A stretch of DNA of 64,000 bases, from positions 22,688,345 to 22,752,344 of the forward strand of contig NC_134028.1 of assembly GCF_964204645.1 (NCBI RefSeq), read 5' to 3'. A model generated the notes under the pieces. It did no database searches, had not been told where the DNA came from, and worked only from the letters and a program-made list of their open reading frames with translations. The first letter of the stretch is position 1. Every line of letters begins with the position of its first letter. Of the stretch, positions 38,859-51,235 are shown in pieces. This DNA is from Tubulanus polymorphus (Eukaryota > Animalia > Nemertea). Made by a program: the position numbers and the translations under genes.

Positions 38859-41800
38859 AGTGAGTAAACTTTTAGATATTGTCACGTTTCGTACATTTCC
38901 AATTCTACAGCGCTCGTTGATCTTAACGTAATAACTATTTTCAAACAGACATCGGCGCTTATCTTTTGTTTGAAAAAAATGAACGAAATTGCCACCGCAT
39001 TGATTTATGGCTCATTCGATGACACTCGAAAGAAAATTAATGGATGCATGTGAAATTAAATCGGCAAGTTGTCTATAGTTACCCGATCATTTTATATGGT
39101 GGATTACGTCGTAACAATGGAGGCGTAATGACTACACTGATAATATACAGTCCGGATTCCTGTGTTCGTAACTAAGAACTAACTTGATGAACACAACATC
39201 CAACAATCTCTTAAAGCGTATTGGAAAATCTCTCCGACAGATGTTTAAGGGACGAAAATTGCTTCTTAGGGTTACTTAAATGTAAAAGATATGTATGTAC
39301 ATTTTTGAGATAGAACGCCAGCTGTAAAACCAATGAAAGATTGTCATACAAGTATCATAATTACTTTGACGAAATATTTCATCCGTGCTAAATTTTGGTT
39401 CGGCCTGAAGAAACGTTTTTTTTTTTGGTCGGGTCAAAAACAGGCATGGACCCATTGGCCACCAGTGTGAACGGTTGGCACAGGCCGAATCTACTACCGT
39501 CAAATTGGCGCATTCGAAAATGCAGGTGTGATCGCAGCCTCACACATTAAACATGTCATGCAGGCCCATTATTCGTGTTTTTAAACATGGTCACAGAAGA
39601 ACATGCATATGCCTTATTGGTTCTTTGCCTGTATCGATTCATTGTAGATCTCGACTAAACTCGTTCTTTTTTTTAATTAGGCGATAAAACATCTTGGATC
39701 TAACGCACCCTTGCATCAAAAGGCGTGTGATGATCGATAGCTTCTTTAGTAAAATATCGAATGATGATAAATCGGCATCGAATGTCAGATTTTTGTTTCA
39801 ACGCGGACGGCCATCCGAGCGACGGAGAAGAAGAACTGACGATCAGAGATAGTCGTCTGCGAATCAGACGAGTTGAAAAAAAATAAATACAATCTAGACA
39901 GCGAATAATGAATACAATTATTACAACGCTATAGAATGAAGCGCGCGCTTCGGAGGCGTTCTCTGAGGTAAATCGAAACCGGCGTTTCGTTTTTTTTTTG
40001 TTTAGTTTTTACCAACGTGGTCTGCGTGATGTCGTGAATTAAGCGAGGCGCACAGCGATGTCGATCAGACAGCCATGTCGTAACGGACCAGGAAAAAGCT
40101 TCGGCGACGCGATCAGTTTTTTTTAAGATGTGCCAGTTTTAAGTAATATAAGAACGTCCATGTTCACGGCTTTGTACACAGCTCCGTAGAGGTCTATTAC
40201 TTTTTACAACGGCGCCAATTTCAGTCAGTGACAAGCCGCGGTATGATTTATGGTTTCTTCATTATTCGATTCGTAAATCGTTGTTGATGGCGCTAAAAGA
40301 CGGTGGCGCATCGCGTATTCAAACTATCGGAGCGGTGTTAAATATTTAAACAACTGCCGCGATATTTTCGCAATTCCGATATTTTACCCGGAGCTCATTT
40401 TGCGTAAACTATGACCTACCCGGAAATGACTTTATTTCAACACGAATCTCAATCACAATATCCCGCGGTAATGCACAGATTCGAAGCTCATCGTTTCGAA
40501 TTTCATGTTCTTTTTATTACGCGGATATCTTCCACATAATTTCTGTTGACGTCTGCAACCCGCAGGCCAGCCAACATCGTCGAGATTCAATTTATTTCGA
40601 ATGTCACCAGAAGCTTCTGTCGCGGGCAGAATTCGCCGTGGTTTATTTCATTGTCAATTTCAATTCTATTCTTCGCTAGCGAAATCCGCGAAAGTCAAGT
40701 TGATTTTGACGTTTGTGTTAACCTCGTACCGTTTCGGCGTTCGCATTTTATGATCGCGTGTTTGTGTCGCGTCTCGAACACGAAAGTTGATGGTAACCCT
40801 GGCCTTTTCGTGTTGGTTTTCAATCGCTCCAGCAGCGGCAGTTGGTAGCAGCAGTCCGTTCGGCGTCGAGAAAATTACACCAGAAGCGTGGCAACGATAG
40901 AAATCCGGTGCCGTTATTCTTCTAAAAGAACAGTTGTTACATTATACATATATATGACCGACTTGTTCAGCGACAATATATATTTCGTGTCACTGAACAA
41001 GTCGGTTTATCAGCCAGTGCGACATATATTGCGTCGTCCCTTATTCCCGAAGCGATTTACCCCATTGTGTGTGATCTGGTAAACGAGATTTTATCCTGAC
41101 GCAACCCTGGCTCGGGTATATGATAATTGACCACCACAATATCTCGTTCAATACGCCTTATCGTGTCACCCTCGCGTGTTCACACACACACACATACAAA
41201 CTGGCAGTTTTTTTTTATCTATACCGGGGTCTCGACTGGCTTTATTTCATCTCGATTATGCAATAAGGCCCGCAGTTGCGACTTCTAAGAAGTCGACCAT
41301 ACGCCGACACGCTATCAACATAAAAAGAACTAAACGCATTGAGGTTGGCGGAGAGAACGGCGAAATAACGAAGAGCTTTTATACGCGGGAATGTAAGAAA
41401 ATACATGTGGCAAAAATGGCGTACACAACTTTTTGACCGGACATCAGTACGACGAAAGCGTTTAGTGAATAAATTGCGCAGGTATCGTAACGAGGACCCG
41501 CGTGCCACGTCCAGCTATCCCGCTAACTGTTGTGCGCAATAACGGGAAAACTTTTCAATTAAATGACATTTTTAGCCTCCCTCATCGGAAATTTGGCAAA
41601 CCGTGTTTCTTGATAAACTCAGGTTGATCTTCGTGGATCTTCCTGGTGTTTAATTTTGGAGATTATGGACAATCTGAGAAGAAATCCGGCATCTCTGTAC
41701 GAATGCACACTAACGCCGCCTGGTGGTTCTTCGATTGCCACAGTCAAATGGAATCCTCGATTGCTTAAATGAATTTTGACACATATCCAGAGATGAAAGT

Positions 41801-43639
41801 TTACGGCTTGAATGCGATGTAGGATAAGGTTTGGCTCTGATGTATTGTTGACTAAGGCAACCTTTCCTCCCTGGTGGATATACGTATCATTAACCTCGAG
41901 CACAGAATCCACATTTTGCCGCTGCAAAAAGGCTCCTGTCTTAGCAGCTCCAGACCGTCTCTCTTCTAGAGCGTGTGATACATAGGAAGCAATTTAATTT
42001 GGTTTAGACCGACATTGCCGCCGCCGTCGAGATTGGTTCTGTAATCGCCACTACCTGATTCGAATTCGCTATTGATAGCTGAACGAGTTTTTCTGCTGCG
42101 ATATCGTTGTGATTGACCCCTTTTCGTCTCACCTATCGCGAGTGTTCTCACAGCGCTAATGAATTATGCGATCGCGCGCGTATTAGTACTTAAATCAGTT
42201 TCCATAACGGCGTCAGAGTCGTCGTATTGAGCCTACAAACCGATATCGTTTTCATAACATCAAAATCATGTTTTTGAAGGCGTTATCAGTCTAAAACCAG
42301 GAAATATCGAGTAAAATGACTTTGTATAAATCCGTGATAACGTATTAAAACTCGATGGTCTAGTGTAGCTGCCTGCTGATGGTCAGCAAGTAGTGTTACA
42401 TGTATTTACTCCCAACTAACTGAACCACAGCTCAAACGTACGGGATACGTCCATAATACCTACGCCCAAAATCCCACACACGCAGAATCCCCGAAGTCAC
42501 TTGTAGTAGACATTAATTCGAACTTCTATATTTCCAACAGCAGTATGTTCGAAACAGTTGACCATAAAATCGCCATTTGATTCAACATTCAAATAGAATC
42601 CATTACCGTCAAACAGGATTCAGTTCTGAAGTTGTAAATTCGAGTTAACTCTTTAACGTTGAAATTACTTTATATTCAACGAGTTAACTCTGAATCAAAT
42701 CTCAACTCGGAACTTAAAAATTGGGTCGGGGTTGGTTTTTTTTACCCAGCGTGAACACTTTATAAGTTATGTATCTTTGTAAGTAAAATTGCTAAAACAT
42801 TTGTGTAAAGACGGCATTCGCCGCTATGTTATTCTGTATATTGTCATATTTTTCACTCATATTGTCTAAATTGTAGACCTTGAGTTTGTCAAATAAACTG
42901 TAAACTGTAAACTGAGAATACGAAGACCAATCACTCGCATGAATATGTTACCTTCCGGATCGTATTCTCGAGTCGAGTTCTTTTACTCTTGAAGGGTCGT
43001 AACTTACAGAAACGTCAAGTACCAATAAGACGCTTATTGACGGCGCGCTGAGCGTGAAAATAGAACTCATTAAACACGGCTTTAAAATAGCAGCGAATAG
43101 CACTGAATTCGTACTAATGAGATAGCTGAAACTACAGGGATTTCCCTGGCAGAAAAATAAACAGCTAGGATGCAGTCGAAAACTCTTATGATTTTATAAC
43201 GGATTTTTATAACGCTAAGCATAGCGCATGCGGCAACAAACAAACACCCAACAGATTTGTATGCTACCAGTTCGATGATCTGGTTTGCCCGCTACTGCAT
43301 TTTGTTTTCCAAAGCGAAAAATCAGGAAACAAGATCGGAAGGTCTTTTCTGTTCGTTTGTATGTCTTACAGCGTGTGCCCAAGGCTTAAAGCCTTATTCT
43401 GATTTATTGAAACGAGTGAGTGATGTGCGTACGATTAGTGTCAATGCGCCAAAGCCAAATGTCGCTCGGTTTAATTAAAGGAATTACTTTGCAAATGTAC
43501 ACATTGTTAATCAAATTGTTATTCAAACAAAGATTTACATGTACACTGACGAGCAACTCACGTTTAATGCTAAAATTCAAGAGTTATTCCGGTCGTGGTA
43601 TAATAGTAAATACACTAATTAGATCTTAGGCAGAGAATT

Positions 43640-43975
43640 CAAGTAGCCGAATATCCAAGAAAGCGATAACAATAAAAACCCCATTTTCTAATGAGTAAAA
43701 ACAGTTCATTGACACGAACGTTTCGCTGGTCATATCCCCCCTCATCAGGTGAAATACAAGTGGATAAATAAACCTATACAGATTTATGTACAACATAAGT
43801 TATTCGAATTGGCATTAGAATTACATGTGCTAAATTCCGAGCTAATTACAAGCCAAGTGCGACACCTGATGAGGTGAAATGATACCAAAAACGTTCGTAT
43901 CCATAATTTACTGTTTTCGCTCGTTAGAAAATCAGGTTTTTATTGTTATCGCTTTTATGGATTCGACTCCACTGA
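43640..43975. mobile_element. Inverted Penelope-like pseudo-LTR pair with degenerate hammerhead ribozyme motifs
   Basis: ~110-bp imperfect inverted arms. CTGATGA cores at 43866 (+) and 43748-43742 (-); the minus copy has GAAACGTTC-GTGTC. Confidence 0.7.
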
Positions 43976-44753
43976 TTGTGCTATACATGCTTACGTCACT
44001 AGATACTTTTATTAGTCTGTTATCCTATAGTTTCCCTCATCTCATGCTCGAATGCACGATACAATTTTACCTATCTATTAATTTGAATCTGAACTTATGA
44101 AACTGAACTAGACAACCCTTATCTGATAACATTAAGCTTTTGTTCATTAAGAAGGTTATCGTGATTTTCAATGTACGGTTTGTGTGTCGAGCTGTGTTAG
44201 ATTTCTGAACTCGAATCGGCGACAAGATTATGCATTTTTCAATAAAGATAACGAATCTAAATTGACGGATACCTTCTTTAATACAGGTTGACTTGATTAA
44301 AATGAATGATTCTATTAAGCTGAAGAGCGCTCGTGGACATTTTTAGAAACGCTCTACATAATTGGTCTCGTTTATCATCGCGTCACCAAGTCGAAAAACC
44401 GTTCGTCGCATATCGGTGTAAATCGATTAGACTGAATTTCACGTCATCAAGTTGAGTTCATCTCGGCGAGAGAGCGTGCGACACTTATTCGATCTGGAAA
44501 ATCTGCACATGTCAAACTAAATAGCGATCTTCTTCTTACTCGGCGCGCACATTTTCGATTCCCGCGAATCTTAAAAGGTCATTTTCAAAACGCTTGTAAA
44601 CCGGTAACTGTCATCGACCGCATGCCGACGACTTATAGAACCGGTAATAACCATCCATCACAGCTCATTGAATATCGTCGAAATCTCGGTCGGTAATTGC
44701 TTCAAATTTTTCGAAGCCAATAACCGAATTTGTTTACTTTAAATTTGTAACTT

Positions 44754-44996
44754 CAGGCCCGTGCAGGGAGGCAGTTCTATTTCAAAAAGGACATTTCCCG
44801 CCAAAGGGAAAATTTCCCATTGAAAACGGACCGATCTTAAATTTTCGAAGTACGAAAATAGATGATAATTGTATCGAAATTTCGGAAAAATCTTGACCAA
44901 AATCTTTTGACACTGACTATTTGAAGGGCACTTTGTAAATTTAGGGTGTCCGTTCGCTACCCCTCAACCCAACCATCCCCTTTTGGCATGGGCCTG
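44754..44996 (+). mobile_element. Non-autonomous DNA element, CAGGCCC TIR, ~5-bp TSD (hAT5-like)
   Basis: AACTT|CAGGCCCGTGC ... GCATGGGCCTG|AAGTT. Confidence 0.6.
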
Positions 44997-47328
44997 AAGT
45001 TCGAAAAGAAAAAGTCGGTATGGTTTGTATACAGAAAAAAAAACGATAGCAACAAAATCAATACGTTACTTTCTGGAGCAAAAAGGTTATCATTTGAACA
45101 CGAAAATGAACGTTCTCGGCCTCGATATCTTCCATCACGACTAGCCGAGCTGACAACTATAGTTTCGTATTGACAGTTTTTCACTCGGCGTTCCGTTGAC
45201 GCTGTTTACTTTGTTTTTAACAATTGACGTTCAAGAAGAAGCTTGATACGCGCTGTTGACCGGGCAGATTTTTTCGCGTTACATTGTTATTTGCCTTTTT
45301 CGCGCTGTCCGCGTAATTGATCACTATATGTTAAAAACTAGTGTTGGCGGTGACTGATCGCTAGACAGAGTACTCCGCAAAACCCCCTGATTTCTTATCA
45401 GCTCTTACCAGCCGACGAACATTTTTATCGGCAATCTCGCCCGCGTTATTTCCGTGGTCATCATCGACCTTCAATTCAACAAAATAACATGAATCAATAA
45501 GCGAAAGATGAACGACGAACGTCCTTCGTTCAGCTGGAGACTCGTGCGCGTGGTTTATCTTGCGTTGGGCCGTAGTGCGTTGCCTTCATTCTACCGCTAC
45601 GATTTGCCAGATCGAAACTCAATATCGGAATGCATCATAGTCGCGTGTTAATGCTCCGCAGCGGTTTCCGCAGGGCATTGTCGCAACGCAGCCCAACTGA
45701 ACCGACGCCGCAGAATGGTACCGCACACTCTTTTGTGTCACCGCGACCAGAAAGTGATTCCCATATCTCATTATCCATTATCTGTAACGGTAAGCTAGAT
45801 AAATACTACCGACAGACCCGTGTTAATGAGGCTAATCGGGGACTAGTGTGAGCATTCTGCTGCAGTTCACATCAATGGCGAAGAAGTCACATAAGGCCCT
45901 AGATTCCCGGCGTAGTTTTTGTCGAGGACAATACAGACAGTGGCGTGCGTGAAAGTAATGTTGTATGCTTGGGCTGAATTCTCGTAAGCCATATTTTTGC
46001 GACATATATATGAGCCATTATGAGCGACATACACAACTGCAATCTGTTCAACGTTTATATTGACGAAATGATGATTATTTCAACATGGTGTTAATGATCC
46101 GATAACGTGACAACATCCATGTTCACCTTCGCTCATACCCGCATGTCCGAAATGTAATTAGATACATAATTGTTTTCGTGCATCTGATCTTCTTCGACAA
46201 TAAATGAACTAGATCATGACATCACGAGCCATTGAGACTTTTCCTGACTGAAAAAAACTTTCCTCCGACATGAAGTTAAACACAAATATAGCTGCGAAGT
46301 AGCGATAACAGGTTTTCTGCAAAGCTGCACCATGCTACCGGTATTCAGAATGATGGGAATTGTAGAAAATCTAAATGCTAATATTGCATTGACAGTTTCG
46401 AACCTAATATGCAACCGTACAATGCGATTCAGCTTTGAAACCGAACTTACCCGTAACGTTCAATCAATAAACATGAATTTATTTGACCAGGGATTCATTT
46501 TGGCATTCAAACTTTATGATACTGTATTATCACCACGCTTAGAAAAGGATCTGTTCTATCAAGAACTCAATCTGCTGAGTCGATCGTTGAATTAATTTAC
46601 AGAGATAAGAACGTATAAGGGATGCTTCATTAGATTAAACAAATAACATTTTCTATTGGAATATTTGAATAAATACATATATTGTAGTGTAGATTGGTGT
46701 CATCAATAAGCACTAAACCAATCAATACATTTTGAATTGGTCTTGATCTCGGACCGATGTTGACATTGGTTTTTTATGGATTACCAAATCTATACTGATA
46801 AGCAATTTATACCCGCAACACGTGCATGAGTATCAAACCACAATAACGAAGTATCAAGTGGATCTGTGAGACGACTGTCCCTGTACTAAACGGTACAACG
46901 TGATCACCAAAAATATGGATGAGATGGACTAAATCTTCGTAAAATCTTTAAGAGCGGATTCACTTTTGAGCAATTGAGTTCTGACTTTCATAACTGAGTG
47001 ATCAACCGCATTATACTATACGCGCCGTTCCGGAATGCCTCTCCCCCTTCTGCTTAATTCCCATTCCATGCCTTTCCTAGGATGAAATCTATCGTTTGAA
47101 GAGATTATGAACGCATCCGTATAATTCTTTCAGACAATCGGTTCCTTCCGTCGGGAGACGTGGGCTGATTTGTTTCACTTGATGTAGAAATAAAGAATGA
47201 TCCATTATCAGAAAGATGCAGTCCCCCGAGTCCACCGCAATCTTAGCACTGTACGTGCATTGTTAATCGGTTAATACAGTATTATAACATACAGACTGTA
47301 AGATGTGTCGGTGTGATGTGTCTGAGAC

Positions 47329-47376
47329 GATGGACGTATAAACTAGAGTAGTTTATATCTAGTTTATACGTCCACG
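47329..47376. mobile_element. 48-bp palindromic micro-element with 7-bp TSD (same family as 27254)
   Basis: CTGAGAC|GATGGACGTATAAACTAGA-gtagtttata-TCTAGTTTATACGTCCACG|CTGAGAC. Confidence 0.85.
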
Positions 47377-48864
47377 CTGAGACGTACGCCGGACGAAAAA
47401 AGTTCGGTAACACAAATTCTATCCAACGATACCATCTTTTTAAACCGTCGTATCTCAGCTAATATTTAAGATACTGGTATAAAAAGCCGTACATTTACGA
47501 AAGAAGAGGATTTCCCAGGATTGTGCAACTGTGCAACACAATTGCCGGAATACGGAAGCTACTTATGTTATCATTGTCCACAGAAATTTTCAATTAGATA
47601 GGTCTTGTAGTTACCGTTCAGTAAGACAATTTCTTCGCCATTCAGAAATTGAGTACTCTGATTGATAGACGATTTTGTGCATTCAAGCAGGAAGAAATAT
47701 TCAATTCAATTATTTATCGCCGCATATTACTATATAAATCCCTAATGGCTGAGATTCGCTTCTTTCGGTTGCTTTTCATCGATTTCGTTCACCTTGATCA
47801 TTAGAGAGATATTTGCGAGATATTTACGGGTTTAAGAAGAAAGTTCGACCAAATTTTTGCTTTTTGTCCGGATATGAATCAAAAAGTCAAAGTATTGAAA
47901 ACATTAAGAGCCGAAACCGTCCGAGCCGTCGAGCAGCCGTCAGATCAAATGACAGCAATTCTAATCAGTCTGTTCAGCTTTTTCACCTGCCACATTTACA
48001 CAGTCTAGATTTACGCTGGAAACGTTTCGTCGGTTGCGATAGCGATTTACAACAAAAGAGGCTCATACCATATTTGGATAGTGTCGGAAATGAATTCGTA
48101 TACAAACATACGTACAAGGCAGTGGCTTACTGGTGAAAGAAATTTAAGCTGCCGAAAACTTTCAGCTTTTTACTGCTGCATGGGGACAGAAGGCAGACCT
48201 CCTTTTTAGGGTCAAAACGACGGATGTTTTCTGGAAAAGTGGTAGTCAGCGACGAATGCCATTCTTATCAGTCGTGAGGTCAAAGAACAATCCAACAGGG
48301 TTAGTCTTGGGAGATAAGACCCGGACGACGTAAAGCTGGACAGAAACAAAGAGTTAGACATAAATTAAAATATTGTTCGCAGCACTGTCATCAAGCATGT
48401 CGGGCTACACACCAGATAGCGCCTTAGCTAAACAGGCAGATAGACAGACAAACATACAGAAAAACGGACAGACAGACAATCCAAACAGTGATCTACTCTC
48501 TAGTAGATTCTAACTCGACCGGAATACAAGATTACCGCATTAGCAGGTGCGTGAACGTATCGGTGTTGTTCTCTTTACTGAAGATTTAATCATCCGCTGA
48601 ATGCACATCCGCAAGGAAATCTAGTCACCTGTTTACATCGACACAACAGCAGATTAGTATCAAGTTGTCCTTGATTTTCGTTGTTTCCTGTTGTTACCGC
48701 AAGAACCGACGACGCCTCCAGAGAATACACTTAGCATATGCCGGAAAAAGCGTTCAAGCGTGACAGAGATATCTGCGATATGATGTATTTATATATGTAA
48801 ATGCTTGAAAGTTATCACGTGCACACGACGGGTGCAGGTCAACCTTTCGAGTAAAGGAAAGAAT

Positions 48865-48867
<3 letters not shown>

Positions 48868-48928
<61 letters not shown>

Positions 48929-48937
48929 AGAGAGAGA
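48868..48937. repeat. (GA)n microsatellite with G run
   Basis: Directly visible. Confidence 0.97.
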
Positions 48938-50301
48938 CGATGAAGATCGTTTAAGAGGGCGCGATGGCGGAAGACAAGTTAGAGAGAGTGCTTCCGTTGA
49001 GGAGGGATGGAAACAATTTGATCGAGAACCTTTCCATTCCCGACTAGTAACCGCATTGTTTGTGCGCAAATGAGAAAAGTCTTGAAGCGACGGACGAAAA
49101 ACACTTTCATCTTTAATTGAACCGAAGAGAAGCGAAAGGACGTGTACGCATTGACCGATGACTCTCAGTTATTATACCCGTCAACTATTTCCTATCGGTT
49201 GACGAGCCCGTGGTGATAATAAACGTCTACAGACCGATACAACAGAGCCAATCTTCATCGTCAAATACATTTTTGCACCGGCGGCCTCTTAACTAATAAC
49301 GCGTCGACATGCAGTTGTCACTTGTTGCTAAAATTGGAAGCATATTTCATTTACCAACAGTTTGTATCGTGTCGTATGCGCGTTACGTGTCAGAACGATC
49401 GTGCGACCTTGCACTTTGTTCACGTGACCGACTCCATTTTGACCACCAATTCCCAGTTCAAGATCATGGAAGAGAAGTCGTTGACCTTGAATCGAATTGA
49501 ATGAAAGTCGACGAATTTTGACCATATTTAGACACTTAACAAGCCTTTCCAAAAAGGCGGGTCTCAGTCTTTATCAGGCGGTAGTTTATTTTGAGTAGCT
49601 TTATTGGCTACGTGCAAATTATTATTATTCACTAGACTAAGTTTAGTAACACGAAGAAAACAATAGCGTTTCAACACGTTTAGTATTGAAGCATCAGGTG
49701 TGTGGGTCGCGCAGCTAAAGCGTGCGTCTATTAGAAACTTTTCAGCAGATATAGAAATGATCATCGGCCCTATCTGTACGGACGCGTGCCTTCTACCGGT
49801 ATTTTTTCATCAACTCGAATATGAAAGACTTCTTTTTCTGAGTCTCGGTGCACGGCGTCTAATCATTAGCCGAGGCATTGACAACAGCGCGCGTGATTAC
49901 GGTAACTCGGAATCGCCGCAGCGCCATTGAATGCTATTCGCGGCTCGTATTGTTATAGTACCTATAACTAATGATTCTCTGAATTTCCTAATCCGCATTC
50001 TCCACAACGACGACGACCTCCGGAAGGTCGTACAAATAAAGAGCTAGAATCGATGTGAAAAATGTGCGCACGTTTTAACCGGATTATCTGCAGTTTATCG
50101 AGTGTTTATTTTAGACGGACGATCGAATTCGACATCGGATTCTCTGAATTAACAGTCCAATATTTTCCGAGTACTGAATGTGCGTAGATCGGATTCAATT
50201 TTAATTATTAGTATCATACTGAACTGTTTCTATCTGTTTTCCTTTTTCGAAATGATTCGGACTAAAGCGGATACGACAAAACCGATCGTCGAATTTTATC
50301 A

Positions 50302-50622
50302 AATGATAATAATAATAGTATGTGTCTTATATAGCGCTAAATCCAGCCAGGCTGCTCAGAGCGCTTTACATTTTTTCGATATTATTACCCCGGCCAATTT
50401 TATACTCTAACATGTATCAGTCATCTCTCCCTGGGGAGAAGTAACACCGAGCTGCTAACAAACATTCAGGAGTCATCTATCAGGCCAGGTACCCATTCAC
50501 TCCTGGGTGGAGAGGCAATGAGGATAAGTGTCTTTCCCGAGGACACTACGGCAATGTGGGTTCGATTCCACGACCGGGCTTCCCAGAGTCGAACGCTCTA
50601 ACCGCTCGGCCACACCGCTCCA
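50302..50622 (-). mobile_element. Full-length tRNA-derived SINE with conserved central domain and L2-type tail
   Basis: Minus strand: A-box TGGCCGAGCGG, B-box-like GAATCGAACCC, then GTGTCCTCGGGAAAGACACTT...CCACCCAGGAGTGAATGGGTACC. 3' end is AAAGCGCT...TAGCGCTATATAAG plus (TTA)n. Confidence 0.85.
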
Positions 50623-51048
50623 CAAAGTCTGTAATCTGTGATAAATCATCAAAGATAACGAATCTAGGCAGGGACTTTTATGAAGAGAGATCAGGCATGT
50701 GACGTCATGGTTTGCCACCCAGTTCTGGAAACGTGCCATGTACAAAAACAAAAGATAATCAAGAGATTTACAAGCTTTTGGGTCTAATCACTTGCCAACC
50801 AGGCGTATAGTCACGTCGAAAAAGCCAGGGCGACAAGATATTTTAGTACTGTTCTGATTTACCTATAGTATGATATTCCATTCATTAGTTTTTAGAACAA
50901 ATGAAGATATAGGAATTTTGATACCCAGATTAACCGATTCGAAACAGTAGCTGATGAAATATGTTGATGTGTTGGTCTTGACCATGGACACATGAGTTCT
51001 TTCATTTCTTTGAGAAACGCCCTGTATATAGATTCAGCAGGTTTTTTT

Positions 51049-51235
51049 GGACGCAGTTGTCTAATAGTTAAAGCCGCCAGTCACTGGACTCGTCAACCCA
51101 GGGGTCACGGGTTCGAGTCCTGGTGGTGACTGAGTTTCTCTGTCGATGTTTTGTCTTTGGTCCCTCCCTATTTGGGAAGAAGAAACATCGAACCCTGCTT
51201 GGCGCTCAGCGGGTTGAGGGTAGTAAAGATTTTTA
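51049..51235 (+). mobile_element. tRNA-derived SINE
   Basis: A-box-like TTGTCTAATAGTT and B-box GGTTCGAGTCC; no complete cloverleaf. Confidence 0.55.

Noticed and set aside
48600-48860. Possible non-coding first exon next to the GA repeat (minus-strand donor near 48628)
   Set aside because: Only a donor-like motif; the missing receptor coding exon is not found downstream of it.
51049-51130. Possible tRNA gene
   Set aside because: A/B boxes present, but acceptor and anticodon stems do not form; treated as a SINE. The same applies at 3160, 15690, 34780, 50550 and 59198.
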